Source: Mayamaea pseudoterrestris (lineage: Eukaryota). From it: a stretch of DNA of 64,000 nucleotides. The stretch covers positions 1,178,001-1,242,000 of the forward strand of contig BROI01000001.1 in NCBI GenBank assembly GCA_027923505.1. The letters are read 5' to 3'. The position numbers and the translations under genes were made by a program. This document shows positions 24,833 through 35,835 of this stretch, one piece after another (position 1 is the stretch's first letter; each line of letters opens with the position of its first letter). The notes beneath the pieces were generated by a model, which saw only the letters and a list, made by a program, of their open reading frames with translations, did no database searches and had not been told where the DNA came from.

Positions 24833-27421
24833 CTAATAATTGCGTGCGTTTCGTTCCAAGTTATCAAAGCGCTCGAATTCGCCTCGGTCGCACACCTTGA
24901 GTTTTACGTAGCGCCTGCCCATGTATTCCATATGCAAGGTCAACGCCGTCAAAGCATCAGTCTCGTTCGCGAAAAAAAGATACGATACTCCAATAAAGTT
25001 GCCGTCGCCTTTAAAGACTTTGACGATACTCTCACAATCGACCTTCCTTTTCAAGAAGAAATCACTGATATCTTCCTTTGTTGCCTCATAAGGGATTCCT
25101 GACATACGTATATATCGACTAGTGGGCAACTGACCTGAAATTTGTTTATCGGCGCCCACTTGATTCACTAGACGTGCACGTTTGCCGTCTGTGTCTGACG
25201 GAAGGAACGCATCCGTTCTTAATCGCTTGTGCGATTCACCCAGAAGCTGGTGTGGGCCAGGAATCCCAGGAGATGGATAAAAATTGTTTTGAATCGCCCA
25301 GAACGTTACCAACGCTGCCCTTTCTAGAGCCGATCTAGCCTCACTCTCTGACTTGTACCAGTGTAAGCTTGCTCGGTCCTGAAAGCAGCTGCCCCCTTCA
25401 ACAAAAATGACATCCTGCCATGTACGTTTCGCAGCCAGTAAACAAGAATATTTCGCTGTATACCAATGTGTGCCTTCCGTGTCCCAAACTTTGTAAATGA
25501 AAGTCTGTTCCGCTATCTGCTGGCGAAAAACAGCAGTAAGTGCATTGGAGCCTCCAATCTGTTCCCAAAGCATCTCAAGTCTCGATCCCCATGGCCTATG
25601 CACGTGAATGAAACTGCACCCCGACGCGGAATGCCGAAATTGGCAACCTGATCCGGAAGCTTCTTGGTGATGGCAACGATCATTAAGCCTGGAAGGGTGC
25701 AAGATCCATGACGGTTGTACGGCTGGCAAGACTGGGAAAGACTTGGCGATTAACCCTGTTTGCTCCACGAACGACGACATTGCAGATTCCGCCGGCTGAG
25801 AATTAAAATCAACGCTGCTGTGTGTTTCACTATGCGACGAGAGGGATATCGCATCGTTTGATACATGCGCTTGCCGTGTTATACTGTTGCAATTCGACGT
25901 AGGTTGCGAGGAGCGTTGTGTATCAAAATGATGCGAAGAAGTCATCAGTTGTGTAGGTTCAAGGCTCGACTTTGATGGTACCGCCGCTTCGATTCTTAAC
26001 GACGCAGTGTCCCCGTGATTCTTTTCCGAAGAAAACGCGGCAGGGATGTTAGCGCATCCACTGTCCCGCTGACTTGGAACGCCTTTTTCAAGCGCTTCAA
26101 TGATTGACTCCAGCTCGGCCATTCGTTCCTCTGTACAGCCTCGAAGAATATTTCGCGACAACTCAAGTGGATTGACATCAGATCTGTATCCATAATCTGG
26201 AGGAGCGCCTCCTGCAATGAGTCGCTCGACCAAAGCCAAGTCGCCCAAACGCACTGCTCCATGAAGCAGCGACTCCCCGCCAACTTGAATATGAGTAGAT
26301 GCTGCAGCGGATTGTGAAGGCATGTCGTTTGCGAGATCCTTGTTTAAAAGTTGTAAAGCCGCTAAAGTCTCTTCCATGCACTGGCGAGCGTCCACGCGCT
26401 GATTCTCATCAAGTGTCGGTGGCACCACTTGTCGACGAACACTGCCAATGAGCTTGGCTCCAGCTACGAGGCAGCTACCTTGCATTGGCAAAATGTCTAA
26501 ATGTATTGATTCTTCCTCCAACGTTGATACTTGATCAAGGTTCCGAATACTAGTGCCGGCTTGGCCAATGACGACAACGCTGCCACTGGATAGTCTAGCC
26601 AAAATGTCAAATGCAACGGTACCTTCCTGCGCTGCCGAAAACTTAAACTTGTAATCATCTCCGTCTGTGCGCTGAATGTGACCGGATGGGAGCGATACGT
26701 TCGCTGATTGCGGCAGCTGCTTGGAATTAAGCAGCATCTGCATGCCCGATGAGAGTCCTACTGTCAGTTCGCACGGATGGTGGAGCTCCATCAGGTTGAC
26801 GACGATATCCGTGACCCCAACTATCTCGAATGCAATTGAAGCAGGCTGCCTTGTGCCTTGACACATACGCACTGCCTTGGCGGCTTTTTCGTAAATCTCA
26901 ATGACCTTGCTGATTGCTCCAGCGTGTCTAATTTGAGATAGCAACGCTAGGTCGTTCGTTTGTTGAAACTCTTGAAGCAACTGGAGGCGAACTGGCTCAA
27001 CCGATTGCGCTCGTACCGCCTTTACATCCTCCAAGCCAAGATTGGCAAGGATTCCGTCTTCTAAATGATCCATTACTTTGCTGACAGTCGGTAATGCTCC
27101 TCCAGAGAGTCCCATTGCTTCCAGAATGATGGCGATGAGTCCGGAAGGAGGACTGCTACTTGTAGACGTTTCCACTGCAGATGCTTTCTCCTTCGAGGCG
27201 AGTGGTAGCTCCTCCAATGCTTCAAAACTTGATGCTCCTACAGTCACGGCGGCAGCATTCCGATCAGTTTCGCTGCCGGATGATTGAATAGCAGTATTTG
27301 CTGTACTGCCGACGGACGTTCTTGTTCCTGGTGCCTCTGCATGTTCCAATCTGATTTGACCCGAGATTGCGACTTGCGGCATGACAATGTCGTCACTTGA
27401 TGACTTGGCTAAATTATCCAT
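24833..27421 (-). CDS. Ankyrin repeat + CCCH Zn finger + RRM protein (862 aa)
   Basis: Ankyrin GESLLHGAVRLGDLALVERLIAGGAPPD; CCCH-like CHHQEASGSGCQFRHSASGCSFIH; hnRNP F/H-like RRM YIRMSGIPYEATKEDISDFF...MEYMGRRYVKL. Confidence 0.85.
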   Translation of the reverse strand: MDNLAKSSSDDIVMPQVAISGQIRLEHAEAPGTRTSVGSTANTAIQSSGSETDRNAAAVTVGASSFEALEELPLASKEKASAVETSTSSSPPSGLIAIILEAMGLSGGALPTVSKVMDHLEDGILANLGLEDVKAVRAQSVEPVRLQLLQEFQQTNDLALLSQIRHAGAISKVIEIYEKAAKAVRMCQGTRQPASIAFEIVGVTDIVVNLMELHHPCELTVGLSSGMQMLLNSKQLPQSANVSLPSGHIQRTDGDDYKFKFSAAQEGTVAFDILARLSSGSVVVIGQAGTSIRNLDQVSTLEEESIHLDILPMQGSCLVAGAKLIGSVRRQVVPPTLDENQRVDARQCMEETLAALQLLNKDLANDMPSQSAAASTHIQVGGESLLHGAVRLGDLALVERLIAGGAPPDYGYRSDVNPLELSRNILRGCTEERMAELESIIEALEKGVPSQRDSGCANIPAAFSSEKNHGDTASLRIEAAVPSKSSLEPTQLMTSSHHFDTQRSSQPTSNCNSITRQAHVSNDAISLSSHSETHSSVDFNSQPAESAMSSFVEQTGLIAKSFPVLPAVQPSWILHPSRLNDRCHHQEASGSGCQFRHSASGCSFIHVHRPWGSRLEMLWEQIGGSNALTAVFRQQIAEQTFIYKVWDTEGTHWYTAKYSCLLAAKRTWQDVIFVEGGSCFQDRASLHWYKSESEARSALERAALVTFWAIQNNFYPSPGIPGPHQLLGESHKRLRTDAFLPSDTDGKRARLVNQVGADKQISGQLPTSRYIRMSGIPYEATKEDISDFFLKRKVDCESIVKVFKGDGNFIGVSYLFFANETDALTALTLHMEYMGRRYVKLKVCDRGEFERFDNLERNARNY

Positions 27422-27668
27422 AGCGTAGATTCATGTCAAGTAGCGAAAGTTTAACAAGTTCAGTTGTTGGAAAGGTGGACGAGAAAAACGCAGCGATTAT
27501 TGTGCGGATACGCTCGCCCTGGATGTCGCATCGGCTATGAAAAGCATTCACGAGCTCCAAGCTCGCTCCACCACGAAAACGAAACGGACGCTTGTCACAG
27601 TCACAGCTCGCAGTCAATCCGCTGCCACCATGACCGTCAATCATCAATAATTCAAGCACTCTTGCAGC

Positions 27669-29444
27669 ATGACAGACACGATAAACAATTTAACGTTTCG
27701 AGCGGTTCGCCCGACGGACATGGATCAATGCTACGCGCTCGAAAAGGCTTCCTATCCTACTGACGAAGCCGCTTCCAAGACGACGCTTCAATTCCGACAG
27801 CACCACGCCGCTCGTTACTTTCGATGCGCTGTTTTGCAGCATGCAGATGAAGGAGAGGGACCAACGGAAGGAGACGGAGAAGGAGTAGCTGAGGATTTGA
27901 TTGGAGGAGGTGAGACGACAGCAATTACAGCAACCATGGCAGCGCCGTCACCGAATAGCGGAAACAGCACCAACACTCATCACAGTCACGAGAACGAGGA
28001 CTCGGACGACGACAAGGTCATTGGTTTCATATGCAGTACACTCTGCAGGGAGTTTACTTTGGAGAGCATGCAGAATCACGTTCCCGCCGGTCCGCTGCTT
28101 GCGATTCACTCGGTTGTCGTCGATGAACGCTTTAGACGCAAAGGAATTGCTACGAAAATGCTACAGGATTACATCCAGTTCATTCAAGATTCGAATGCGG
28201 AACGAATTACACCAATCGAAAAGTTTGTTCTACTTGCTAAGCGAGAATGTCTTGCCTTTTACATTAACTGCGGATTCTCTGTGATTGGCAAGAGCTGCAT
28301 TGAGCATGGAACGGAGCAGTGGTATCACCTTGAACGAGTCCTTCCCCGTGCGCATTGTGAATCTGGCCTGAGCTGCTACATTGTCAATGCCTTTGCGGAG
28401 CCAAACAAACAGTCGACGACTCGAACGAATGGAAGTGGGAATCCAGCCGCCGTCGTTGTCCTACCAGCGGATCATAAAGTTGACTTGGAAAGCGAGGACC
28501 GGCAAGCCTGGATGCAAACCGTTGCAGCGCAGTTCAATCTATCGGAGACTGCCTTTGTTCAGCGGAAAAGCATTTCTGGGCAAAACAAGGACGGTTGTAT
28601 CGAGACAGACTCGATGAACTTGACAACATCCGAAGATGACGCGGCTCATTTTGACATTCGCTTCTACACGCCAACCACGCAGATTGCTCTTTGCGGACAT
28701 GCCACGCTGGCGTCCGCGGCGGTCCTTTTTAAGACGTTAATACTACCAGAATCTCAAGCTCCAATTTGCTTTCATGCTCTGGATCATGTCGTTTTGAACG
28801 TGGAAAAGTCGTTGCTACTGCCGGGCACCAACAATAATTCGCGTCATTCGAGTATCACGATGAAATTCCCCATAAAACCACCACTTGAAATTGAAGATGA
28901 AGATGCCCGACGCGAAATCATGAAAATGCTACAAGTCGCTTTGGAGGTGAATACGGACACTAATGACGATTGCATCTTGTTCATTGGCTTTACGGATCTG
29001 GGCGACTTGCTTGTAGAATTGACGTACGAAAGTTTCATTCAAATTGACGGAGGAAACGAACACAGTGAAGCATCGCCTTTGTCCATTGACTACAAGGCGT
29101 TTTCATCGTACGACGGCTACACTCGTGGGGTCATTGTGTGCTGCCAGGCACCGCCGACATCCGGGCATGAAGAGGAAGAAGTTTCTATTGCATCCGATGT
29201 AACGTTTGACTTTTACTCGCGTTTCTTTGCACCCAAAGCTGGTATTTCCGAGGATCCAGTTACGGGATCGGCGCATGCTAGTTTGGCACCCTACTTTGCC
29301 AAGAAGCTTGCCAAGGACAAGGTCACTGGTATGCAAATGTCGCGACGAGGCGGAATAGTTGACTGTCAGCTGCTCTGGGATGATGGCACGGTGGATTTGA
29401 CGGGATTGGCGGTCATTGTCATGCGCGGAGAAGTGTTTTTGTAG
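27669..29444 (+). CDS. Fusion protein: N-terminal GNAT (AANAT/PAA1-like) acetyltransferase + C-terminal PhzF/PBLD-family isomerase (591 aa)
   Basis: GNAT: ALEKASYPTDEAAS, LAIHSVVVDERFRRKGIATKML, FYINCGF. PhzF: VNAF, GNPAAVV, NLSETAF, IRFYTP..IALCGHATLA, SRFFAPKAGISEDPVTGSAH, QMSRRGG. Single uninterrupted ORF. Confidence 0.9.
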   Translation: MTDTINNLTFRAVRPTDMDQCYALEKASYPTDEAASKTTLQFRQHHAARYFRCAVLQHADEGEGPTEGDGEGVAEDLIGGGETTAITATMAAPSPNSGNSTNTHHSHENEDSDDDKVIGFICSTLCREFTLESMQNHVPAGPLLAIHSVVVDERFRRKGIATKMLQDYIQFIQDSNAERITPIEKFVLLAKRECLAFYINCGFSVIGKSCIEHGTEQWYHLERVLPRAHCESGLSCYIVNAFAEPNKQSTTRTNGSGNPAAVVVLPADHKVDLESEDRQAWMQTVAAQFNLSETAFVQRKSISGQNKDGCIETDSMNLTTSEDDAAHFDIRFYTPTTQIALCGHATLASAAVLFKTLILPESQAPICFHALDHVVLNVEKSLLLPGTNNNSRHSSITMKFPIKPPLEIEDEDARREIMKMLQVALEVNTDTNDDCILFIGFTDLGDLLVELTYESFIQIDGGNEHSEASPLSIDYKAFSSYDGYTRGVIVCCQAPPTSGHEEEEVSIASDVTFDFYSRFFAPKAGISEDPVTGSAHASLAPYFAKKLAKDKVTGMQMSRRGGIVDCQLLWDDGTVDLTGLAVIVMRGEVFL

Positions 29445-29612
29445 CAAGGCTGTTGTGTCAGTGAATGTTATTTCATGCCATAAGTTTGCTATCAGTCTTT
29501 ATTACAATCGTAACTAGTTAAATTGTTTGTCATTGCACGTGTAAGTAAATCACACGCGTAATCGGCGCGATGTCAATTAAGCATTGTCTTTCTACGTTAA
29601 CAAGTGTCAATG

Positions 29613-31022
29613 TCAAGAGTTGGCCTCGTTATCGCCGATATGCATTGCTGCCGACTTGTCTGGGAACCTGTACAAGCGTCCCAAACTCCCATCCGACTTG
29701 ACAGCTTGCGCGGTCCATGGCTCAGTGGCGTGCGCATTAATCTGAATTGTAGCCTTGTACCAGTCACTCGCCACCTTGCCAGGAACAATTTGATCATTCC
29801 ATACTTGATCTGACTCGCGCTGAATTTCGTCTAAAACGGACGATCCATATGGACCACCTGCGTTGGCATTGATAACCTCAAATACATCGCCGGCAGCAAC
29901 TGCTTGGGTTCCTAGTAGTATTTCTCGCATCATGCGCTGGTCAACGCTTGTTTTCGCCAAGCTCAAATCGTTGATTTGAAAGTGTAACGCAAGTTTCCTG
30001 TAACCTTTTGGGAACAAGTAATCGACGTAGTGAAACATGGCCACGTCTCGGCCAGACGATTCCAGGAGGCAGTTCATGCCAAGCACTTGCGCTTGATTCA
30101 GAAGCCAGGCACCAAGCACTTCTGATATGGTGCGATATCGCGAAAATATGGCAGCCTTGAGGTTTGAGTAATCGTCGATAATATCGGAGGACGGAGAGCC
30201 CGGAGGGTCGCCCTGCTGCAGGCGCACTCGCTTTGCCGTCAATTGATACAGCATGGCAAATTCCTCGTTACAAAGTGTAGAAATCATATGATCGAGTTGT
30301 CGAAAGAAAGAGTTTTGACCTGTTGGGAGTGAAACAGAGCCGGTCGAATCCAAATGGCTAACGTTCGTCGCTGCACCTATTGCTCCTGTTGGCACTACCA
30401 CAGCTTCCTGAAGCAACTGGGAGAACCACGGCATGTACATACTTGTCGACTTGCGAATTCCATTAACTCCCGTCACTAGAACGACCCATGGTTGCTCCAC
30501 TACTTGTTTCTTGCTAGCAGAAAGGTCAGCAGCATGTTTCGCGGCCTCGTTCCAGTTTCCCTCGCGCAATATACGCTCCAAAACTTGTCGGAAGGGAGCG
30601 TCCGCATTAAGCAGTCCCGATTCATCATTGTCGGCACCTGCAAGAATGCTTCCAAGCCGTTTAGCGTTTGCTTCTGTCGAAGGCCAGTCCGTGTGTGGCA
30701 GATGAGCGACTTCCAAAAGTAGACGAGCTAATTCCGCACGTGGAATCTCATGCTCTACTGGTCGAACATTGTCGAGCGAATCGATAATTTTGTCAATTTC
30801 TTCGCTTGTAAACGGCAGCCGCTGCTTGGCGCGTTCCGTCATGGATTCGGTATAATCATACAGAAAAGTAGACGCAGTGGTTGAGGCATCAAGTGATGAC
30901 TTGAGCTCGCGCGCAGTCTGCCTACGCTGCAATTTTGCGACATCGGAGTCGATTGAAGATTGAGAATTCGGTGCCGTCATGGACAAATAGCAGCAAGACA
31001 GAAAGGTGAACGATGATACCAT
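29613..31022 (-). CDS. Zeta-toxin-like P-loop nucleotide kinase-fold protein (469 aa)
   Basis: Variant Walker A VVLVTGVNGIRKST, Walker-B-like NCLLESSGRD, and lid-like ALHFQINDLSLAKTSVDQRM. Confidence 0.7.
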   Translation of the reverse strand: MVSSFTFLSCCYLSMTAPNSQSSIDSDVAKLQRRQTARELKSSLDASTTASTFLYDYTESMTERAKQRLPFTSEEIDKIIDSLDNVRPVEHEIPRAELARLLLEVAHLPHTDWPSTEANAKRLGSILAGADNDESGLLNADAPFRQVLERILREGNWNEAAKHAADLSASKKQVVEQPWVVLVTGVNGIRKSTSMYMPWFSQLLQEAVVVPTGAIGAATNVSHLDSTGSVSLPTGQNSFFRQLDHMISTLCNEEFAMLYQLTAKRVRLQQGDPPGSPSSDIIDDYSNLKAAIFSRYRTISEVLGAWLLNQAQVLGMNCLLESSGRDVAMFHYVDYLFPKGYRKLALHFQINDLSLAKTSVDQRMMREILLGTQAVAAGDVFEVINANAGGPYGSSVLDEIQRESDQVWNDQIVPGKVASDWYKATIQINAHATEPWTAQAVKSDGSLGRLYRFPDKSAAMHIGDNEANS

Positions 31023-31783
31023 ATCGACTTGCCTCGCTGGAAGAATGGTGATGAACTTGCGGAAGGAACGACCGAGTGGGGTCTGCTGAAGGAGAGAGTG
31101 CCGGGCCTCTTACCGGTACTCATGCGACAATGCCGTTTCCTGCATAATGAGTGGCACAATATCTACGGTACAAGTACTACTCTACAACTTGCCGATTACT
31201 GATAATTGATGCCAAGAAGATCCGAGCAGAACTGATACTGCTACGTGCAGGCAGTCATGACGCAGATTCCAACGTTAATCATTATGCACAGATATCATTG
31301 CCTTAACTGTAAAGTTGATTGGCTGACCAGCTAATAACTACTTTCACGTTTGTTTTGTGGTTTGTAGTCCGGCGCAGCAAAGTAGCCATGGCTATTGCCG
31401 TGCAGCTGTGTCATGTGCATTGGAGTAGGTGGCCACTGCCCACTGCTATTCTGTACCAGTAGGTAGGATCAAAAGTGATGCGCTCACACTTATGCTGCTG
31501 TGGATCTTCCCTGGCGCCAGCTATTATGAGCAAGAGTGGGCATCGGCTTCTACTCGCTCGCGCTACTATCTAGAAGTCTTGATTGTTTTGTTCATCGCTT
31601 GCGCGACCTGATGCATTGTTTTGTACTATGCGATCATAGTATTAATCGTACCGGTATTGATACTAGCGCAAAACCCAAGACGATGATGGTGTGCGGATTA
31701 CGCGCAGCATTCTACTCGTAAAGGCGTGAAATAAACCTGTTGATGCTAGTATCATATTATATATATACTGATAAAACAGAAAA

Positions 31784-34298
31784 TCAAGCACTTGCACTGC
31801 TTGAATCAGGCTCTTGCGTCGCCTGGGTCACGTTTCCTCGAGGAGGAGTTAGTTTCACTATGTCTCGAGGCAAAAACCGTCGGTGCTGCGAGGGTCGCAT
31901 AGTGAGAAACATGGCTGGTACGAACTCGCTTGGTTGCCGAAAAAGGGAGCACTGGCGAAGATGCTCCCTTTCGGAACCAAACTGCAACGAATAATGGGCG
32001 ACATCTTGCAGAAACTGGGTGGTTTTAAGCAACCGTTCACAAACCGTGGACAACCTGTTCTCGCAAACCGCGTGCAGTTCCGTCAAAATCCACAAATCCG
32101 GCGTGTAAAACAAGACAATGTGACGGTAGAGTGCCTTTACGATGCGGATCGCAAAGCCTGATGGAATAGTGCCGGCGTAGCGATCTTCGTCAATCTGAAT
32201 TGACGCCTCGATTTCGTCCCAAAATTGTTCAGGACAGATGGCGAGCTCATTGCCGTCCACATCTCGCCAGAGTGGCTTGAAATCGTTACCAATCAACAGC
32301 AACAAATCGCCTAAAGCGTAATTATCGTTGTCGACAGAGTCAAATCGGGTATTCACGCCCAGATTTTGGCCAGGATCATTGTATTCTGGAGTTGCAAATG
32401 GCATGCTTCTATTGGGAAGATCAAATTCCGCTGTGCCCATGTCAATAAACTTGACGTACAGGTCGCCCACAGCAAGTTTTTCCATCTTGCCCTTGTGGTT
32501 AAATCCAAAACGGGTTTCACCTTCCTTAACAAACGCTACGACTAAATTGCCATCCTTCAAGTCAGAGTGAATGAATCCACCAACAGCATTGGCAAGTTCC
32601 ACGGCGCTGCACAAACCCTTGACAAGGTTATTTGTCGCCTCCTTTTTGTTGGCAGGGTCCATATTACGAATCTTGATAATATAGTCATCAAAGAGAAGAC
32701 CACGTTCCATGAACCAAAAAAGCATAAGCACTTCCTCTTCTCTGTTTGTCGGTATTGGAAAGGTCACAAATTAGTTACGACAAAGAGTTGTGCGATAATA
32801 CGCATGCACCGAAACGTACCCCTCAACGGCGCTAAATCCTCCGTAATTAAAAACCTTTGCTGCAACCGCGCCATTCAATACGCTGGAGGCGTATACCGCC
32901 ATAAGCAACTCATGTTTGGTATCCTCCGTCGCCTCGCTGCGTCATCAACAGCAGGAAAGAGGCAAGTGAGGAATTTGAAAAGCTGGAGGCAGGTGCGACG
33001 AACGATGCGACGTACCACAATGCCAGGACCACATTGTTCGTTTCGTCAATGTAAATTTTTTTCCCATTGTTATCATGAAAGAGCTTGACATCCTCGCCTT
33101 GGATGAATGCGGTGACAGTGGTCTCGTTGGCCTGGTCGAAGTCAATTTCGGGTGGCTTCTTCAATCGCCGTAGCTCTGTACGCAATTCCTTTTGCACCTC
33201 GCCATCGGCAGCTGCAAGCACTCGCTTGTCACTCGTAGCTGTGCGAGTCATGCAGAAAAAGAACGACTCTTTCAACCTAGCTGGAATCACCTTCAGTGCC
33301 CGGCGACGCGCTTCCAACATGTTTTCCACAGTTCCTCGATGTGCAGTAAGACGTCTTCGGTATATCGCCAAGCAACCAGCGCACGTAACACTCCATGTCG
33401 TACACTTATCGCATTTTTCTGTCTTATCATTCGCACCTTCGCCTATGAGCTGACCTTCCACCAATCGTTTCAATGTAGGATCAGTCGCCGCAACCGCAAA
33501 ATCAAGTCCATGGCTGTTGAAATAGTGAATGTATGTTTTTGTTCCTACATTAGACTCGCATGGAAAAAACTTGTTCCACTCGCTTGATCCTAGCAGAATC
33601 CGCATAATGTGCAGAGGAGGCATAGACGAAGTCCCATATTGTAATGCCTTTCTCGCCTTTTCAGCCCTCGACTTTGGCTTCCGCTCCTTTCGACGGCCTG
33701 CTACTGGCAGCGCAGGCTTTTCATCGCCAAGCTCTTCCACATCCACCAGTCCTGGAAAGTACCGTCGAAGGTAAAAGAAAAGATAATACCGACCTGAGCG
33801 AGTGGTGTACGCATCGTCTTTCTGGAGTCTTTCAAGACATATTTTTGCAAACAGATCGTCTTCCCCTTTGCGCTGCTCCCCATGAGATGTCGTTCGAAAC
33901 AAAGCAGCAGCTTTATCGTAACAATCATCGTCATCCCAATCCTCCAAACTGCCATACCAATCGTCGTCTTCCTCGTCGGAATTGTTATACTCGTCTTCTT
34001 GGCTCTCGACGTCATCTTCCAGCTTCCCTTCGGTCCCTTCGTCTTGTTGGTTTTCATCGACGCTCAAGTTCTCCAACAGGCTCGCTTGCTCGTCACTCTC
34101 TTCTTCATCCTCATCGAGGCTCTTGGAAGCCTCGTCTACATGATCAGTAAAGTCATCGCCTGTGTCAGATTGTTCCTCCTCGACTTGAAGGTCCGACTCC
34201 TCCTCGCTCGTGTGCTGCTCTCCTTCACTTCCATCTTCCTCGACCTCGGCTAGAGCAAGATCTAGGTCGGCCTCATCTTCCTCCCAAGATTTATACAT
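31784..34298 (-). CDS. Atypical protein kinase with acidic N-terminal extension (~785 aa; exons 34298-33016, 32936-32820, 32741-31784)
   Basis: HSDLKDGN catalytic loop, VKFIDMG, FATPEY, DNYALG. Two GTACGT..CAG introns (79 and 78 bp) join ORFs 32910..34298 and 31784..32767 in frame through a 117-bp exon. Confidence 0.8.
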
Positions 34299-35835
34299 GT
34301 TCGATTTGCAAACTTGCGCTAGGGTATAAGCACGAGATTCGAATAGGATTGACGCCTTTTTGCAGGCTGGACATTAAAATGGCCGCTCTGCGTCGAGTCA
34401 CAAGAGAGATGGTCCGCCGCTGCGTCTCCACGCGCATCCGTTGAGAGCAGCGGTGCGACATTCTTGGGTTGAGAGTGTTACGGTAAGGTTCGAGTTTAGT
34501 CCTTCCGGTACTCATGTTCAATGCATGAGCATGCGCCCGATGTTGTTGCTGCCACCATGACGGTCGCACATTAATTTTCTCTGATGTTTTCCAGTTAACA
34601 TGATCCAACAGCTATTCTATCGGCATGTACTGTCTGTTGCCCAGCGTGGTCCCAATTTGTGATTAGTATCTCCACTGACCGAGTATTATTGCTGGTTGTT
34701 CCTGCCGTCGAGCAGCGAGCTTTTTGTTGCAACAACAAGGAACAACTTTAGCATCTGTCAAGTCTATCACGCAGGCAGCCTTTAATGGCGACGAGCCCAA
34801 GCCTAAAACCTCAACCATTATATGCTTTTTGCTTAATCCACCGTCGGGACGCCTTCGCGATCCAAGAAACCAACCCTTGATCAAGCAACACACTCACTGA
34901 CGAAGACCTCAACCTTGGGAAAGAGGTCTCCAAAGAAAACCCAAGGCCTCCGACAAAGGATGACGATGCCGTCACTCCTGCTTCTGCAGCAATAAACAAA
35001 ACGTATGCTCTTCCTCCAACTGTTTCCAAAGCTGATCGACTTGAGTGATACTTACTCTCTACCGATACCAGTTTACTGTGGAGTCTAATGACGGGCCAGC
35101 GAATATTTTCCTTGCACTGGCGGCAAGTCTGAACGCAGCTTCTCCGAGTTTTCCCAGTCCTTGGGCGTCGAGACCCGATACCGGAGAGCGATCTTCCAAA
35201 GGAGGATGCTGTTGTCAAAACCAAATCCAAGTCAAACGCTTGGAAAGACTGCTCTACTGGAGTCGCCACTTAGATGTCGCTAGATAACGTCTGTCACATA
35301 TTAGTTGCTCCGCAACGTAGCGATGGGATTCGCGTCCGACTCGCACAACATCGTGCTCACTCCCGTCCATGCGCGCACTGCAGAACGCCCAACAACTAGC
35401 CCCGAGTGGCCGCGGATGCATACACTAAACACGATAAGCTAATTGAGACTAAGATAAAAATGACATGTTTTTGGAAAGAATTAACAGTAAATGTCGAGTC
35501 ACAGCAATATGCATGTAGTGACATGAGATGGGTGGCGTACCCAATAGCAGTCGGATGTGAAATTTTGCAGCAAGTATTAAAAAACAAGCAAGAAGTGCGG
35601 AAGAGGATACTCCAAAGGAGCAGCAAATAGATACAAGAATAGCTTACATCCGCACCAGTCTTGGTCTTGTCGAATTTGGAAGGTAGTAGGAGTACGTAAT
35701 TGATGAATGAAAGTGTACCATTATGAATAGTCTTGGATTGGTTGTTGTTCCTTTAAAAAGTTTCTCGTTCTCGTGGTTTGTACGTGACGGCACAAGTGAT
35801 TGATGTAAAGCCTTCTTTTTTGATTTGAATTCGCC

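Noticed and set aside
31784..34298. Kinase as a frameshifted pseudogene or two separate genes
   Set aside because: Two canonical introns restore one continuous frame.
34300..35800. Short ORFs upstream of the kinase
   Set aside because: Interrupted by stops with no recognisable domain. An extra 5' exon cannot be excluded.
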